Origin: Blepharisma stoltei ATCC 30299 | Taxonomy: Eukaryota; Protista; Ciliophora | NCBI GenBank assembly: GCA_965603825.1 | Contig: CBFDEM010000054.1 | Coordinates: 62,001 to 126,000, forward strand | DNA: 64,000 nucleotides | Direction: 5' to 3' | Shown here: positions 13,301-25,922 of the stretch, in pieces | Layout: every line of letters begins with the position of its first letter | Position numbering within the stretch: position 1 is the first letter of the stretch | The notes under the pieces: model-generated | The model's input: only the letters and a program-made list of their open reading frames with translations | Databases searched by the model: none | Told to the model about the DNA's origin: nothing | Program-made: the position numbers and the translations under genes

Positions 13301-13724
13301 AGAAAAACAAAAGAAAGAGCAAGAAGATGCAAGACGCAAAGGAAACTTAACCAAGCAACAAATGGAAGAGCTCATAGCCCAGCATCAAAAAGAGCTTGAA
13401 CAACTCGAAAGCTCTTTAGCTTCAGAAAAAGAAAGACAGCAGGCCAGCTTAAAGAAGAAACTTGAAGAAAAACGTGAAAGAAGGAGAAAACTATTACAGG
13501 TTCCTGACGACATGAAGCATCTAGAAGTCAAAACAGCCCAGCTGCTAAAAGAATTCAGAGGCGTCAAACATCATGAGCCAGAAATCGATGAAGACATCTT
13601 AAGCGAGCTTTTAAGAAGAGTTATAAGAGTAGAAAATATCATCAGCAACGTCGACACCGCCCAGTTTGAAGGCGTAATGAGAGGTCTTCAGCACCTTTCA
13701 GAGCAGTTAAAGAATTACGAATAA
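1311..13724 (+). CDS. Giant type-I membrane protein, ~4,132 aa: signal peptide, 3 bacterial-Ig-like + 3 Calx-beta-like repeats, GCC2/GCC3 (ephrin-receptor-like) Cys-rich repeats, TM, long coiled coil
   Basis: ATG 1311 (MVILFLFLSLAQA) is in frame with the 3997-aa track ORF once TGA at 1365, 1578 and 1725 is read as Trp and intron 1386-1400 is removed. CxxGxYC modules ~3330-10540; TM IFLFMMMVFLLFIIFLSTVQIF ~11190-11255; E/K/R/Q-rich tail; TAA stop. Confidence 0.9.
1386..1400 (+). other. 15-nt spliceosomal intron (gtaattataacatag)
   Basis: GT-AG, A at -6; removes an in-frame TAG and joins the signal-peptide exon to the main ORF. Confidence 0.85.
3330..10540 (+). repeat. Coding array of degenerate Cys-rich CxxGxYC modules (on the order of 100+)
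   Basis: Recurrent CPAGYYC / CPAGTY / CTAGYYC peptides, encoded by tgtccagctgg(c/g)tactattg-like DNA. Confidence 0.9.
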
Positions 13725-13750
13725 TCTTATTAACTCTTTATCATTAATTT

Positions 13751-16700
13751 CTATCTAAATCGGCAACAACTGCTGCCATATCTCCCAGGCATTTTAATTT
13801 TCTTAAGCTGTGGCTTGCTTTTCTTATAGCTTGGAATGCATAAAACTGCTGCATAAAGTCTTGCGAGTGAGCTGAAGGTCGCTGATTGTATTATAATTTG
13901 GTTAGTCTCTTCTCTATTCCCAGCAAAAAACAAAAATTTGTCGTCAGAGCGGTGAATTTCCATTGTGCTGATTTCTCTTATTGGAAGAGTTTTTGATAAA
14001 TCTGCGTTTAAAAGTAAAAAGAATTTATTGAGGGTGAGCAAGATGATAAAATCTTCATTTTCTTTCAAATGGAGATAAAAAACTATTTTTTCACGCTTAA
14101 ATTCTTTAGAATTTCGAAGCAACTCTTGCGCTTCAGCAATTTCATGGTTGTAAGGAACAAGGACATATTTTGCGTTAAAATGACGTGGAAAACGGACTCG
14201 GCCTTTTGGGTCAACTTTGCCGTTGGCTAAAAGTGTCCCTGCACTTGTAATCCCAGCTGCTATGCCAGTTCCTAGTCTAAGAGCTGCAAGTAGTGGAGCT
14301 GTGGCCACGCCTAGCAGCCCTGAACCAATTCCTTTGAAAAATCCAGTGACCCCTGATTTTCTGGCCCCTTTTCATGGCTTTGTGAAAATTCCTGTAAATC
14401 CCTGAGCGATTTCTACAACTCCTCCTTTGACGCCTGAGTATACATTTAGCGCAGCGCTATCTGACTGATATAAAGCCTCAGCTCCTTCGTCTTGGTTCAC
14501 TTCTTTTACAAGCTCATATAGTCCTCCAGTTAACTTTGTGACACTTCCAAAGCCTCCTGCTATTACATTTCCTATTAAAGACCGGACTCCTTTTTCTAAG
14601 CCAAGTGCAAAAGATTTTGGGCCCTTTAAAGCACCTTTTACAGGCTCATTTAAAAATTCGAAAACGCCCGTACCAAGTTTGTCAATAAGACCTATAGGGT
14701 TTCCTAATAAATCAACTGAGCCAAGAATTTTGTAGAACTGGAATAAGCCTTGGCGGATATAATTGGAAATTATTTGCCATGTAAGGTTGGTCATTGTTTG
14801 GAAACTTTCTTTTATGATAAGCTCACGGAACCTTAAAGGAGACTCACTGATGTTAGGAAAAGCGGCGCCATATCGTCCTAAAGTCCTGAGTAAGCCAAAT
14901 CCTTCCATTGCGTCTACTTGAAAATCAATATTTCTCATCCCAGATTTAAAAGTTATATAAATTTTAATAGCACAAAGATGGAAAAATTCAAAAAATATTT
15001 TTTTTGATGACTGTGAAAGATTGAATGATAAAATAGGACTGGTGACGTCAAGGTACTTGCAGGTTTCCTTTAAGCTTGAAATATCTGAAAACTTTTTATA
15101 GTCAAGCTGCGTCCCAAATGTATTTTTTAAGCTTGATAGAGTCCTCAATAAAACTTCTAACGACTCTTGGTTTATTTGGAACCTCATTTCTTGTATAGAA
15201 ACTTCAAGCCAAGAATATTTGTCAATTGACGAAATCTCAGTACTGTCTATATTAGAAGAACTGATTTTGTGGATTTTTGCTTGAATAAAAGGAGTTTCTT
15301 CATCATCTTTTGTGGCTGTTGGAGAAAATAAAATAGGGAATAAACGGTTATGAGAAACCATGTTGTCGATTTGAAGAGCTTTTAGCTTGAAATCAATTTT
15401 CATGTGGTCTCTGAGCTCTTTTTTAATGGTTTCCTGCTTGCTTGTGAATTTTAAGGTTATGTATTGGAAACTGAAATAAAAAAGCTCAGTTGGAGTTCGG
15501 TCTATTAGGGATAGGCCAACTCCAGCCATAGAAGCTAAAAACTTATAGCCTTGCTTCTTTTTAAGTTTAGTTGTTTTTAGTCGTTCATATTTGTCGCCTA
15601 TAGGAATGATCCTCATTTCACGAGTTACTCCTACAACATTTACAGAAACACTATTTCTTCCTAGCTTTTTAGCTTTTCCAATTTTTTCTATCTCATAGGT
15701 TTTCTTTTCTGCCCCTGTGAGCTCAATTTTCCTATTATCTAACAAGTTATCAAAAGCCCAAGGAATTGACGTTAATGGAGGTATCGCAAGAGCTGGATAA
15801 TTGACTTGGTTTGCAGTAATCTCAAATTGCGTTAAATTTAAAATTCGGAACTCTGGGTCTTTTGGGGTAAGGAAAGAAATATGAATACAAGCTTCATCTT
15901 CAGTGCTTATAATAATTCTTGCATAATGCATATAGCCATTCACGTACTGTGGCCTATACCATTCACCTTGTGTATCACTTTTTTCTTCTTCTCGCGCTGA
16001 AAATTTCACCTGAAAATCTTCGATATCTTGGATACTAAAAGGGGAGGACCAGTTATTATTGTCCCTTGAGATTTGGATTAAACTAGTCGATTTCGAGTCA
16101 AGCTGATATTGAAGGTTACTCCCATCAAAAACTTCTTTTATTGTTTTCCCTGGCTCATGGTTTTTTAATAATTGTCTAATATAAATAGAGTACCCAAGCT
16201 CATTATGAATCACATATCTTGGCATTATATGGACTATTTTACTTTTAGTCAGAGGTGGAGGAGCTTCAAATGTATATATCCCAAACAATAAATGGCTGGG
16301 CACTTCATGAGATTTTTTCTGCGCATCTGTATTATTCAGCTCAATACACCCTGAAATCCCTGTAGTTGAGACATTGAAGCTTTCAGACCACAAGCTAGGC
16401 TCCCCATATTCTTTTCCGACAGTCCTAATTTTAATGTTTTTTCTGCTGCTTAAAAACCCAATACTATGCTCATTTATTTTCATTGATCCTTTATTGCACT
16501 CAAAGCTCCAGTCACTTTTATTGACCAGATAATATTTACAGTAAATTTCAAGGATTTTGCTTTCGGCCCTTTGACTGTCAGATGATATTTTTTTAGCCTT
16601 TTTGCGCTGGGAGAGGTCAATTATTTGCGAATTCATGGTATTGTATTTGCTTGTTTCTATTGTAAGCTTATTGCCAGGGAAGTTTCCAGTGAGCTCTAAA

Positions 16701-19700
16701 AGACATTTGGCACCTCCTTTAAGGGTTTTCCAGTCTGTATCTAAAATATATTCATTTTCAATTTGCAGCTCAAATCTATAGAGCTGTCTGTCATTGGTAG
16801 GGTCTATTGACAAGCTAGCTTCAGAAGCGCCTGGGGACAAGCTGCATAGAGGGACTTCACTTTTATTGTAAAATATTGACAAAGAGCAAGGTAGGAGGTT
16901 TTGGTATATAAAAGGAGGTTTAAAGGCTACAATCATTTGAGTGACAGAAGTAGACGTTTTATATTTATCAATTTCTGTCACAATTCAGCTGTTTTCTTCT
17001 ATTTGTACAGTTCCTTCTTGATACAGCTCAATTTTCTTCTCAATGCCAGCGATATATGGAGAAATTTCTGGATTTTCAACCCATTTTAATGGTAATGGAA
17101 ATGCAGAGTTTGGGTAAACTGACACCAAATTTCCTAAATATTCCATATTAACTACAGAATTTGTCATATTTACACAGAGTTTTGCTGTCTGTATTTTTAT
17201 AATTTTTTCATTGTTTTCTGCTGAAATATCTAGTACACAAGCTACTTGTTTAATGCCGCTCTTCAGCTTGAACCCTCTTACTCCAATACTTTCAATAAAA
17301 ATTCCTTTGCTAGGCTCATATTCTTCTGCTTTAATCACAATGGCAGAAGGCGTTTTGATTTCCTCCATAAGTCCATGTTTATTCCCTTCAGGCTTTATGC
17401 TTGCTTGCAGTTTATCTACTACTTGTTGAGTAAACGTAAAAGTTTGGTTTGGTTCTAAAGTTCATATTTCAGCATCAGTTATATCAAGTCATACATCAAT
17501 AGTGACATCTAATTGATTATTTAAAACATACAAAAAATTGCCATGAGCTAAAACTTCATTATCATCAGGAATATAATTGCTAATCACTTCTTCATTCCAA
17601 AAAGAGCTGTCTTGGCCTAATTTCGTCATAAGAGTTCCAATAATTTCTATATTACTAAGTGTCAAATTGATATTAAAAATCCTGGGCGCTTCAAAATTAA
17701 TAATCATAAGTGACCCTGCAGGCTGGTTTGCAGTCAAATCAAAATTCCAGTCTTCTATTAAAGGCTCCCATGCAGCTAGATATATATTATAGCAGTCTGC
17801 AAGAAGAAACGTAGATAAGGCGGCTTCTGTTTTTGTACTGTCCATTATTGCTTTTACAGTGAAATTACTGAAGTGAAGATGTATTAATGAATAAGCCTTA
17901 ATTCCTGTGTCTTCTAGCAGATTTACTTGCAAAGCGTCACACTCAGCTGTAATTTCAGTTTTCGTATTAGCATTAGGCACTTGTGGTGGCTGCTCATAAT
18001 ACTCATTATCATATAAACTAAACTGCATCCATATTCCAGAAAGTGTCTTGAGGAACTGTAAATCTCGAAAGCCAATATCAAAGCAAAGGCTTTCTAGGTT
18101 GACTTGGATTTTTGTATAGGTTTCTTGGTTTCCTCTATTCAAGCAGTTATAGGTGATTGAGATGCGGCTTGGCCGTAAAATATCTTGGGTTCTTTCTTCT
18201 GTACGAAGGATGCGATTTTTGTGAGCTAAACCTATGAGGCCGCCTATATGAGTGATTTCAATAGAAGCTTCATCATTGATTGAATGGTACTCCCTTTCTA
18301 TTTCTCTGATTCATTTATCAAATGAGCTCGTATATTCTTGAGTCGAATCATAGTTCAAAAATACCCCAAATTTAAAGCACCCAATCCTTTTTCTACTATT
18401 AAGCACGTCCATTGGGAGCCACACTTCAATTCCAGACAGTTCTAAGGACATTTTGGTAATAAAAACAGTTTTATATTTTGAATGAGCTACAGGAGGGACT
18501 GTTTCTAATTGAAAAGATTTAGTTGCAAATGAAGCCTTTGCAATAGGCTTAGTAAAGAAATTTACAACTTGTGAAAATAGGTCTGGGGAAGGCATAATTC
18601 TCATCTCAGACAGAATTAGATCAACATGTAGAGTATCAAGTTTAGGCCTGAATTGGAAATCTATGACAAGCTGATTTATTTCTTCTACTGCGTCCATAAA
18701 TTCGTCTTCACCTTTGTCATCGTCATAAAGGGCTGGGTTGCAAATGACTTTTCTTAATTGGACTTTTTCTCGTAAATCTTCCATTTCGATTTTTTTTAAT
18801 TTGAGTTTTCCTAGTACTTCTCCAAGGGAGCCTAAGCCCAAGTCCAGATAAATTTCATAAAATTTAATAGCAGCTAATTGGCTTTTCTGCTTCCTCAATC
18901 TTAATGAAATTTCATTAAAATTTACCATCATTTTCATTGCCACTATATCTTTTATTCTTTTCATCCTATCTTTCAGCGCTTCTGTCTCAATAACCAAGCT
19001 ATCCCCTCTCGGTTTCTGCATAGGTACTTCAGCAGGTTTATTTTGATCTAAAATCCTGAAAATTTCTTCCTGTAATTTTCAAGTAAAAAATAAAATTGAC
19101 TCATCTAAATCAAAGTTTAGTTTTCCTATTTCAGTAGAAAATACAAAGGCTGGGATTAAATGCTGCTCAACTTTGCAATTTAAAGCTGTGAATTTATAGT
19201 CAACAGGAGATAAAAAGTCTTGTAGATTCCCTGATTTCCAGTTGTCAGCTGAAGGACAATTTCATACAATACAGATTTTTGTGTTTACCAAATTAAAAAT
19301 ATATTTGTCAAAGGAGAAGTTCGATAATGTTTCAATAGATGTTTTTCCATATAAATGTCCGCCGTCTAGAACAAGCATTCCTTCTTCGAGGCTATGAATA
19401 TTCATTGGGATAAATATAACAGGAGCTTTCATATCCAGATTTAGTTCAATACTCGCTTGGGAACCTGTTTTAGCTAGATCTTTTACATATTGTTCACCAA
19501 TTTTTATATACTCGCTTGTTTTTGTGCTTGCGGCTTCTACGTACTTAGATATGTCGATTTCCTGTGCAATGGCTGCAGAAAAGATATTGGAAACGATTAA
19601 TAAAGATTCTAAATTGGTAGCGACATTAAAAGCTCCTGATTTTATTGATAATTTTGGAGAAGGCAGCTGATCGTATTCAAGATGAAGAAATTCAGTTACT

Positions 19701-21271
19701 AAAATGTTTGGGAAAACTAGGCTGTTTATGACTTTGTCTTCTAGTTCTCCATTTCCGATATCTATTTTTGCATATATAGTTTCTGGTCTCATGCCAAATT
19801 CTATTTTAAAATCTCTTACAGAGTAAATTAATAGGTCTTTTTCTGTATTTTTTAGTGAAATAATCGTGTTAGATACTGAAAATTCGACTTTAAATCTGAC
19901 ATAAGTTGACGGCAAATTGGCGAATACTTGAGTGTCTGATATGAAGTTGTCAATTTGCTTAGCAAAATTTTCTTTTTCTTTTAAAATTTCCAGTAGTTTT
20001 TCGTTTACAATTTTTAATTTTTCTTTTTTTTCTTCTTCCTCTTTTTTCTTTGCAGACTCCTTTTTTCCCCAAAAATACCCCGATATAGAAGAAAAAGCTC
20101 CTCCTTGACTCGCATTTTCAATCGATGAAATTTCATTTCTAACTGCTTCTTCTTTTCTCAGCAATTCTAATTCTGTATTCACATTGGTCCTTTGAGTAAT
20201 AATTGATTGCAGTATTTTTCCATTTTCATGAAGTTCCAGCTTTGCTTTTAAGCTCTTTATTTTTTCTAAATCTTTGCCTTTGCTTAAAATTCTTCATTTT
20301 TTATAAAGCTCTCTATATATTGAGGCTTCTTCAGGAGAAAACTCACTTTCAACTTCTGAGTTCGAAACTCCGCTCTGAAAGTTTGCGTATAAAGCCATGA
20401 ATTCTAATATTTTTAGCATATGAGTTATTTGGTTAGTTTCGATGCCCATATCTACTTCTACGTTTTTTAAGCTTGCAAAAGCTTGTGGGAGTGATAAATC
20501 TTTGGAATTTTTATTCATGATAAGCTCTAGCCTATAGCTCGTTGGCTTGAGTAAAAATCTATGATTGAGCTGTGGCGTTTTCTCTTTATATGCTAAATTT
20601 AAAAATTCATCAAAACTGTCTGATTTTATTACAAAATTTTCCCCATAATCCATAAAAACTCTGATATCATCCAATAACACAAGTTTATAAGTAATCGCTG
20701 CATCTGAAATATACTCAATTTGCCAATTCTTATTACAAGTAACAGCTTGCACATTTTTAATTGCAATTCCAAACGCAAAAGCATCAGTGCTTGACACATC
20801 ATCTTCATACCTAATATAAATCGAATTTATGCTAACTTGTAAATTGTCTACTATTTTTGTCACAAGTTTCTCTACAAAGCCTGGCTCTACATTGACTGCG
20901 GCTTCAGAGGAATAAATTGTTTCAAAATTATCAAGGGATACTTGCTTTAAACTAATTTTATTTTTCTTCTCTTCTTCTTCATTTCATGCAGAAGGAGGCT
21001 TAGGTCCGACCAGCATATAAATTTCGCTTATTTCGATCTTAAGTGGACTTGATCCGATGCTTGTCCATGGGATTCTGACTGATAAATTTCCGATTTGCCC
21101 GTGCTTCAGGTCAAATGGGAGACCTAAAACTTTGAGGATATCTGTTTTAAGCTTTAATTGTTGAAGCTTGATTTCTCCGCTGAAAACAGACAAATTTAGC
21201 TGTTCAGCATTAAGGTTTTCAACGTAGTCACCTAAGACTTTATTCAGTACGCCTGCAACAGCTGAATTCAT
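13751..21271 (-). CDS. VPS13: VPS13 bridge-like lipid transfer protein, ~2,506 aa (9 in-frame TGA=Trp)
   Basis: Eight track ORFs share one frame and are separated only by TGA. Chorein N-terminus (VAGVLNKVLGDYVENL, IPWTSI, IVDNLQVSINSIYIRYED), VAB-like WSxxF motifs, C-terminal ILGSVDLLGNPIGL and FTKPWKGARKSGVTGFFKGIG; TAG stop. Confidence 0.95.
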
Positions 21272-21685
21272 ATATCAATTATTATAAATAATTGCATATC
21301 TTATAAATGAACATCGCTAAAATAAGGATTTTCTGAATTTTAATAGAATTCAGTGTATTAATAATTATTAAATTTTTATATAGACGAAAAAAATATCTAC
21401 TTATAATTTCTTAACTGTTTTAGCAGAAATTCATTATTCAAATAGAAGTAAGTTACCTCTCCTCAAATTGTCAATATAACTTTTAGACAAGAAAAGTTAT
21501 TAAGGTATTTAAATTGTATATATATTAGTACTCAATTAAATCTCAGGAACATTTAGATATTTGTGAAAGAAATTTATGCTGAATTTAATATAGATGTTTT
21601 GAGATATTTTTATTATAATGGAGCACGTCATAATTATTTAAAATAAATTTAACAGATTAAAAAATAAAATTAAAACTTAACTACT

Positions 21686-23254
21686 TTAACCGCAAGGATC
21701 AGCAAATCCATAGCGTAACTTTCCTTTGTTTGACTTATCAATCATATCAATAATCCCATATAAAGGCACTCCTATCAAGCTAAGAAGCATCATAATTCCT
21801 AAAATAAGCACAACAATTGACACCCTTTTGTATTTTTTAACTGTTTTCAATATTAAAAATGTCCCTGTTGAGGACCCAATAACAGAGCACCCAAACATTC
21901 AAAACCCATAATTATAAATAATTGATCCAGCAATAGCATATTGCACCATAGAAATTGCAGAAGTCAACAGAACTAAAAATGAAGAAGTTGAAGTAGACAC
22001 CTCCGGCCGATAGCCTATATTCAACATAATAGGATTCATTACTAATCCTCCTCCTAGTCCTAATAAGCTTGCCAAAATTCCTGCAAGTATTGTAATAGTC
22101 GAAACTATCGTAGAATTTTTCAAATTCCATTTAACATCATGCTCATCAAAATCATACCCGAGCTCAATTTTTCTTTTTACTTTCCTAACAATATAAATTT
22201 CAGCTAAAAAGCACAAAAGCAATAGGAAAGCCAAAAAAAAAGCGAAATAAATCCAATACCAGTCGCTACACTGTTCAAAACCTAGTATTGAGTCCAAGCC
22301 TTTTCCTCCTTTCATGACTGACCCTAAAATAGCAAGCCCAAAAATAACAAGAATATAAAAAAACTGCAAAAATAAAATAATCCTTTTTTCTGATTTATAA
22401 ATATTTTCTAGCTCTGGATTTGTCTCTTTTTCATTTTCTATGAAATATTCACTTGAATCTTTTTCATTAGCATTAGAAATTTGTGATTGTTCATTGCCAT
22501 TGTTATTGCTGCATTTTCATTCTCTTTCTATGCTTTCATAGTTTTTTATAGGACTTGAATCAATAATATTTGGAGTCTGCATCTCATAGTTGTCTTTTTC
22601 GTCGATTTTTGGACAGTTTTCGTTTTCTAGGTCATTTTTGTCTTGGCTTTGGATCGGGATTGGGACGATTTCAGAGTTTGCATTTGATAATCTTTTATCT
22701 CGAAGAATTTTCCTTTGGTTACTTTCTTGGATTCTAAGCTTATTATATTTTTTCAAAGAGTTATATAACATAAAAATCAGCACACACATAAGAAGTGCAA
22801 GAATAAGCCACGAAGGGAAAACTTTATTTAAAATAACTCCAACAGTAGCTCCGAAAAGCATAGGAGATATCACAAATAAGGCAATATTATAGTCAATCAA
22901 AGGTCGATTTTTTGCTGGATGTCTTGAAGGTATTTGGATTATTATAGTTGCGAGACTTCCACCAAAAACTATGACCGTTGACAGAGGAACTGAATAAGTA
23001 GTGTCAAAGTTAAATAAGACTAGACAGATTAGGACGTTTAATGCTCCTCCACCAATCCCTGACGTATTTGATAGTGCACTAACGATAACTATTAAGAAAG
23101 ACCCAACTCATTCTAAATCTTTGATTGGAAAAAGGTCTTTGTGCTTGCAAGTACCGTTTTTGCAGCTAGAATAAGTAGTGCAATCATTGTCATCTTTGCA
23201 GGATTCTGAGTGCACCAATGCAATTAACAGACACGCAATCACAATCTTATTCAT
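21686..23254 (-). CDS. TauE/SafE (TSUP) family multi-pass transporter, ~522 aa
   Basis: Signal peptide, short Cys-rich segment ending CKHKDLFP, SNTSGIGGG, RHPAKNRPLIDY, LLGLGGGLVMNP, PEVSTSTSSF; TGA at 23108, 22517 and 21899 read as Trp. Confidence 0.85.
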
Positions 23255-23696
23255 AGTTATATACGTTTTTCAATGTGTCAGAATTATGAAGGAAAGTACT
23301 GGCCTGGTTTTAAAGAAAAATTTTGAAAAATATTAAAAGTAAATAAATGGGAAACCGTTAGTTTTAAGGAATCGTCTGATAATTTTTAGATCAGTTATGG
23401 GGATCTAATTTGAGCATTAACTATTATTAAAAATTGTTTGCTAAAATTGTTTCGCTAATAGAATAATTGGTATTTATTTTTATTTTTAGTATATACTCTT
23501 TTGGATTTACTAATAAAATTCTTTTTAGATTAAAGGGATAATGCCAACATCGTATAGTAAATAAAAGGATATAGGAAAAAACAAAATCTGAAAGTTCTTA
23601 TATTAATTATTTCAATAAAAAACTATTTAAACATTCCAAACGTCTGCCAACTAAAATCCCGACTTCATTTTGATAAATTTAAAAAATCAAAATCAT

Positions 23697-24755
23697 TTAA
23701 TATGAATTCATTCTCACCATGAAAATTACTTCATGAAACATGAATTTTGAATAATTAGGTAATTCAATCCATTCTGAATTTTTTCCATTATCTAAAGTCC
23801 TTCTATTATGTAAATGCTTTCACACCCCATTTCTGGAGTGTCTGTTGTACATATATCAATTCCCATTTATGAACTCGACTGCAGCATGAATTTTTGACAT
23901 TGTTGAATCTTCTTCAAAAGATAAATCAGCCACTTTTTTAGATCTTCCTATTAATTTTACAGGCATATCGCTCGTCCAGACAACTTTTGATGAGCTGCAG
24001 TCGTCTCTTTTTCTATAACTCAATGACAGCGAATTATTATCAATTATAGAAAACTCAAACACGTAATTCCCAGCTAAAAATATATCTTTGTCTTTAATTA
24101 GTATTTCTTCAATAAAAATTGCACCAGTTGGAGATCTTGTTTTAGACTCGCTGATAGCAAATTTATTATTTTCTCACTTTAAAGAAAGCAAATTTGGGCC
24201 TTTTACATAGATATCTGGCTCTTCTGAATTTGAACTTGTATATCCTATTGTTTTAACTCAAGATCCTGATAGAAAAAACGTATATTCTGAGCCTACATTT
24301 ATTGAGCATTTATCAGGCGTGCACTGTACTTTCAAGACCAATTTTTTGTCCTGCAAAACACTTTCATAAAAAATATATTCCTCGACGATTTGGTCAAGCT
24401 TGATTATTTCATCTTCGGCTCAGCTAAAATCAGCATTTTCAAAATGCTCTGATTCTACAGCTAGCTGCCTTTGATTTTGTTCCAAATCGGGGCTATCATT
24501 AGCATCACATGGACAATTTTTTTCGAGAAAATCCTCCAAATTCGATGCTTCATTTAAAAATTCTTTATAAAAATTGCAAACTCAAAAGTATCTTATTGCT
24601 GGCATTGCATTTTCAATAGTAATTGGAGTGGTATTTAATGCTTCTAAGATTTTTTCTATATCGTTTGTCGTTGCTGTGTTCTCAAGCTGAGTAGATCTGT
24701 AGCAGTCTTTCTCAAGTATGTACTCTAACTTACTCAACTCAAATATGTAATCCAT
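23697..24755 (-). CDS. FHA-domain protein, ~352 aa (6 TGA=Trp)
   Basis: ATG 24755 to TAA 23697 is open apart from TGA. FHA signature LIGR...MSKIHA...NGN(W)YMYNRHSRNGV(W). Confidence 0.8.
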
Positions 24756-25922
24756 AAAATTTATATTTATTATTCCTTGATCTTGATTAGAGAATGGTTG
24801 ATAATTTCATTAAATTTATAGCAGAAATAAGGGCATTGCTGCTATATATATAAATTATAACAGAAGCTCAGCAATATTAAAACACATTTAGAAAAAGAAT
24901 TTCAATCAGTTGTGTATTCGTGCTGAAATTAATTTATCTTGGAAATATTTATGTTGGAAAATTTCATATAAAGTGAATCGACATAATTCCTTATTGAACT
25001 GAATGTTTTAATCAATCTCCAAATCATTTTAAATTGTAGATGATCTAATAGCACTAAAAATGGAAAAGGATTATAATCAAATGCCCTATTGCAAGTCCTG
25101 TTTCAAGCATTTAGAAATCATAAATTTATCCCAGTTTATCACAATTTACAGTAAATTTGGACATTTTCACTAATTCTGTGTCAGCCCTAAAGTTATTAAA
25201 ATTATTCGTATATTCATGGGACTCTGCCAAATAACTCCACAAAAAGATTTGAAAATTGAACTGGCAATTTTAGCTTGATCATAGAGTTTTCTTCAAAAAT
25301 ATCTGCCTAATATTGCATAAGTTTAAGTAAAATAAAAATCTAATGCTCAAGCCCAGTGTTAAGAATATCAGTTTCAGTTTCAAAAAATTGGCTGTGGTAT
25401 CAGCAAGCCTTCATAATGATACAATATTAAATTCATATAGGCTAATTAAGTCTGTATAAAATTTAAAATCCGTCCTTTTAATAAGTTTTCAAATAAAAAT
25501 CAATAGTGGTGTCATATTGATATAAACTTGAAATTATCAATAAAACCATTAAATATAAATTAATTATGCTTTTGGTGGGCTATATGCATCCTAATATTAA
25601 TTTATCTCAAATTTTATTAAAAATTAAAATCGTAATTAATAGTTATATTTACTTATTGTTTTTCTTTTCGAATAGATAATTTCATTTTTTATGGTTATTT
25701 TGAAGCTCTCATGCAATTTCCTATAATTCTAAATACCTTTATTTTCTCATTTCTTTTCCATAATATTTTCTCCCATTTTCATTTTTTATAAAGGCTAATA
25801 ATGAATATATTTCAAAATAATTCATAAAAATTGGCAAAACCAGAAAATTATTAACAGGCCTGGCTATTTTTAAAAGTCAAAATAATCCATAACTATTTCT
25901 TCGTTAATTTCTATAACTTAAG

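Noticed and set aside
2502-13567. Many alternative-frame and antisense ORFs overlapping the giant gene
   Set aside because: They are shadows of repetitive, codon-biased coding sequence and show no recognisable domains.
13751-21271. TGA-interrupted genes (VPS13, PAS, MFS etc.) as pseudogenes or split genes
   Set aside because: All fragments are in one frame, the interruptions are only TGA or stop-containing tiny introns, and TGA aligns with Trp.
23429-23458. Short direct repeat aaaattgttt(c)gctaa x2
   Set aside because: Too short and AT-rich to distinguish from slippage.
24756-25922. Retained IES, transposon or telomere-addition site in the long spacers
   Set aside because: No terminal inverted repeats, transposase fragment or telomeric repeat is visible, and TA boundaries alone are uninformative in AT-rich DNA.
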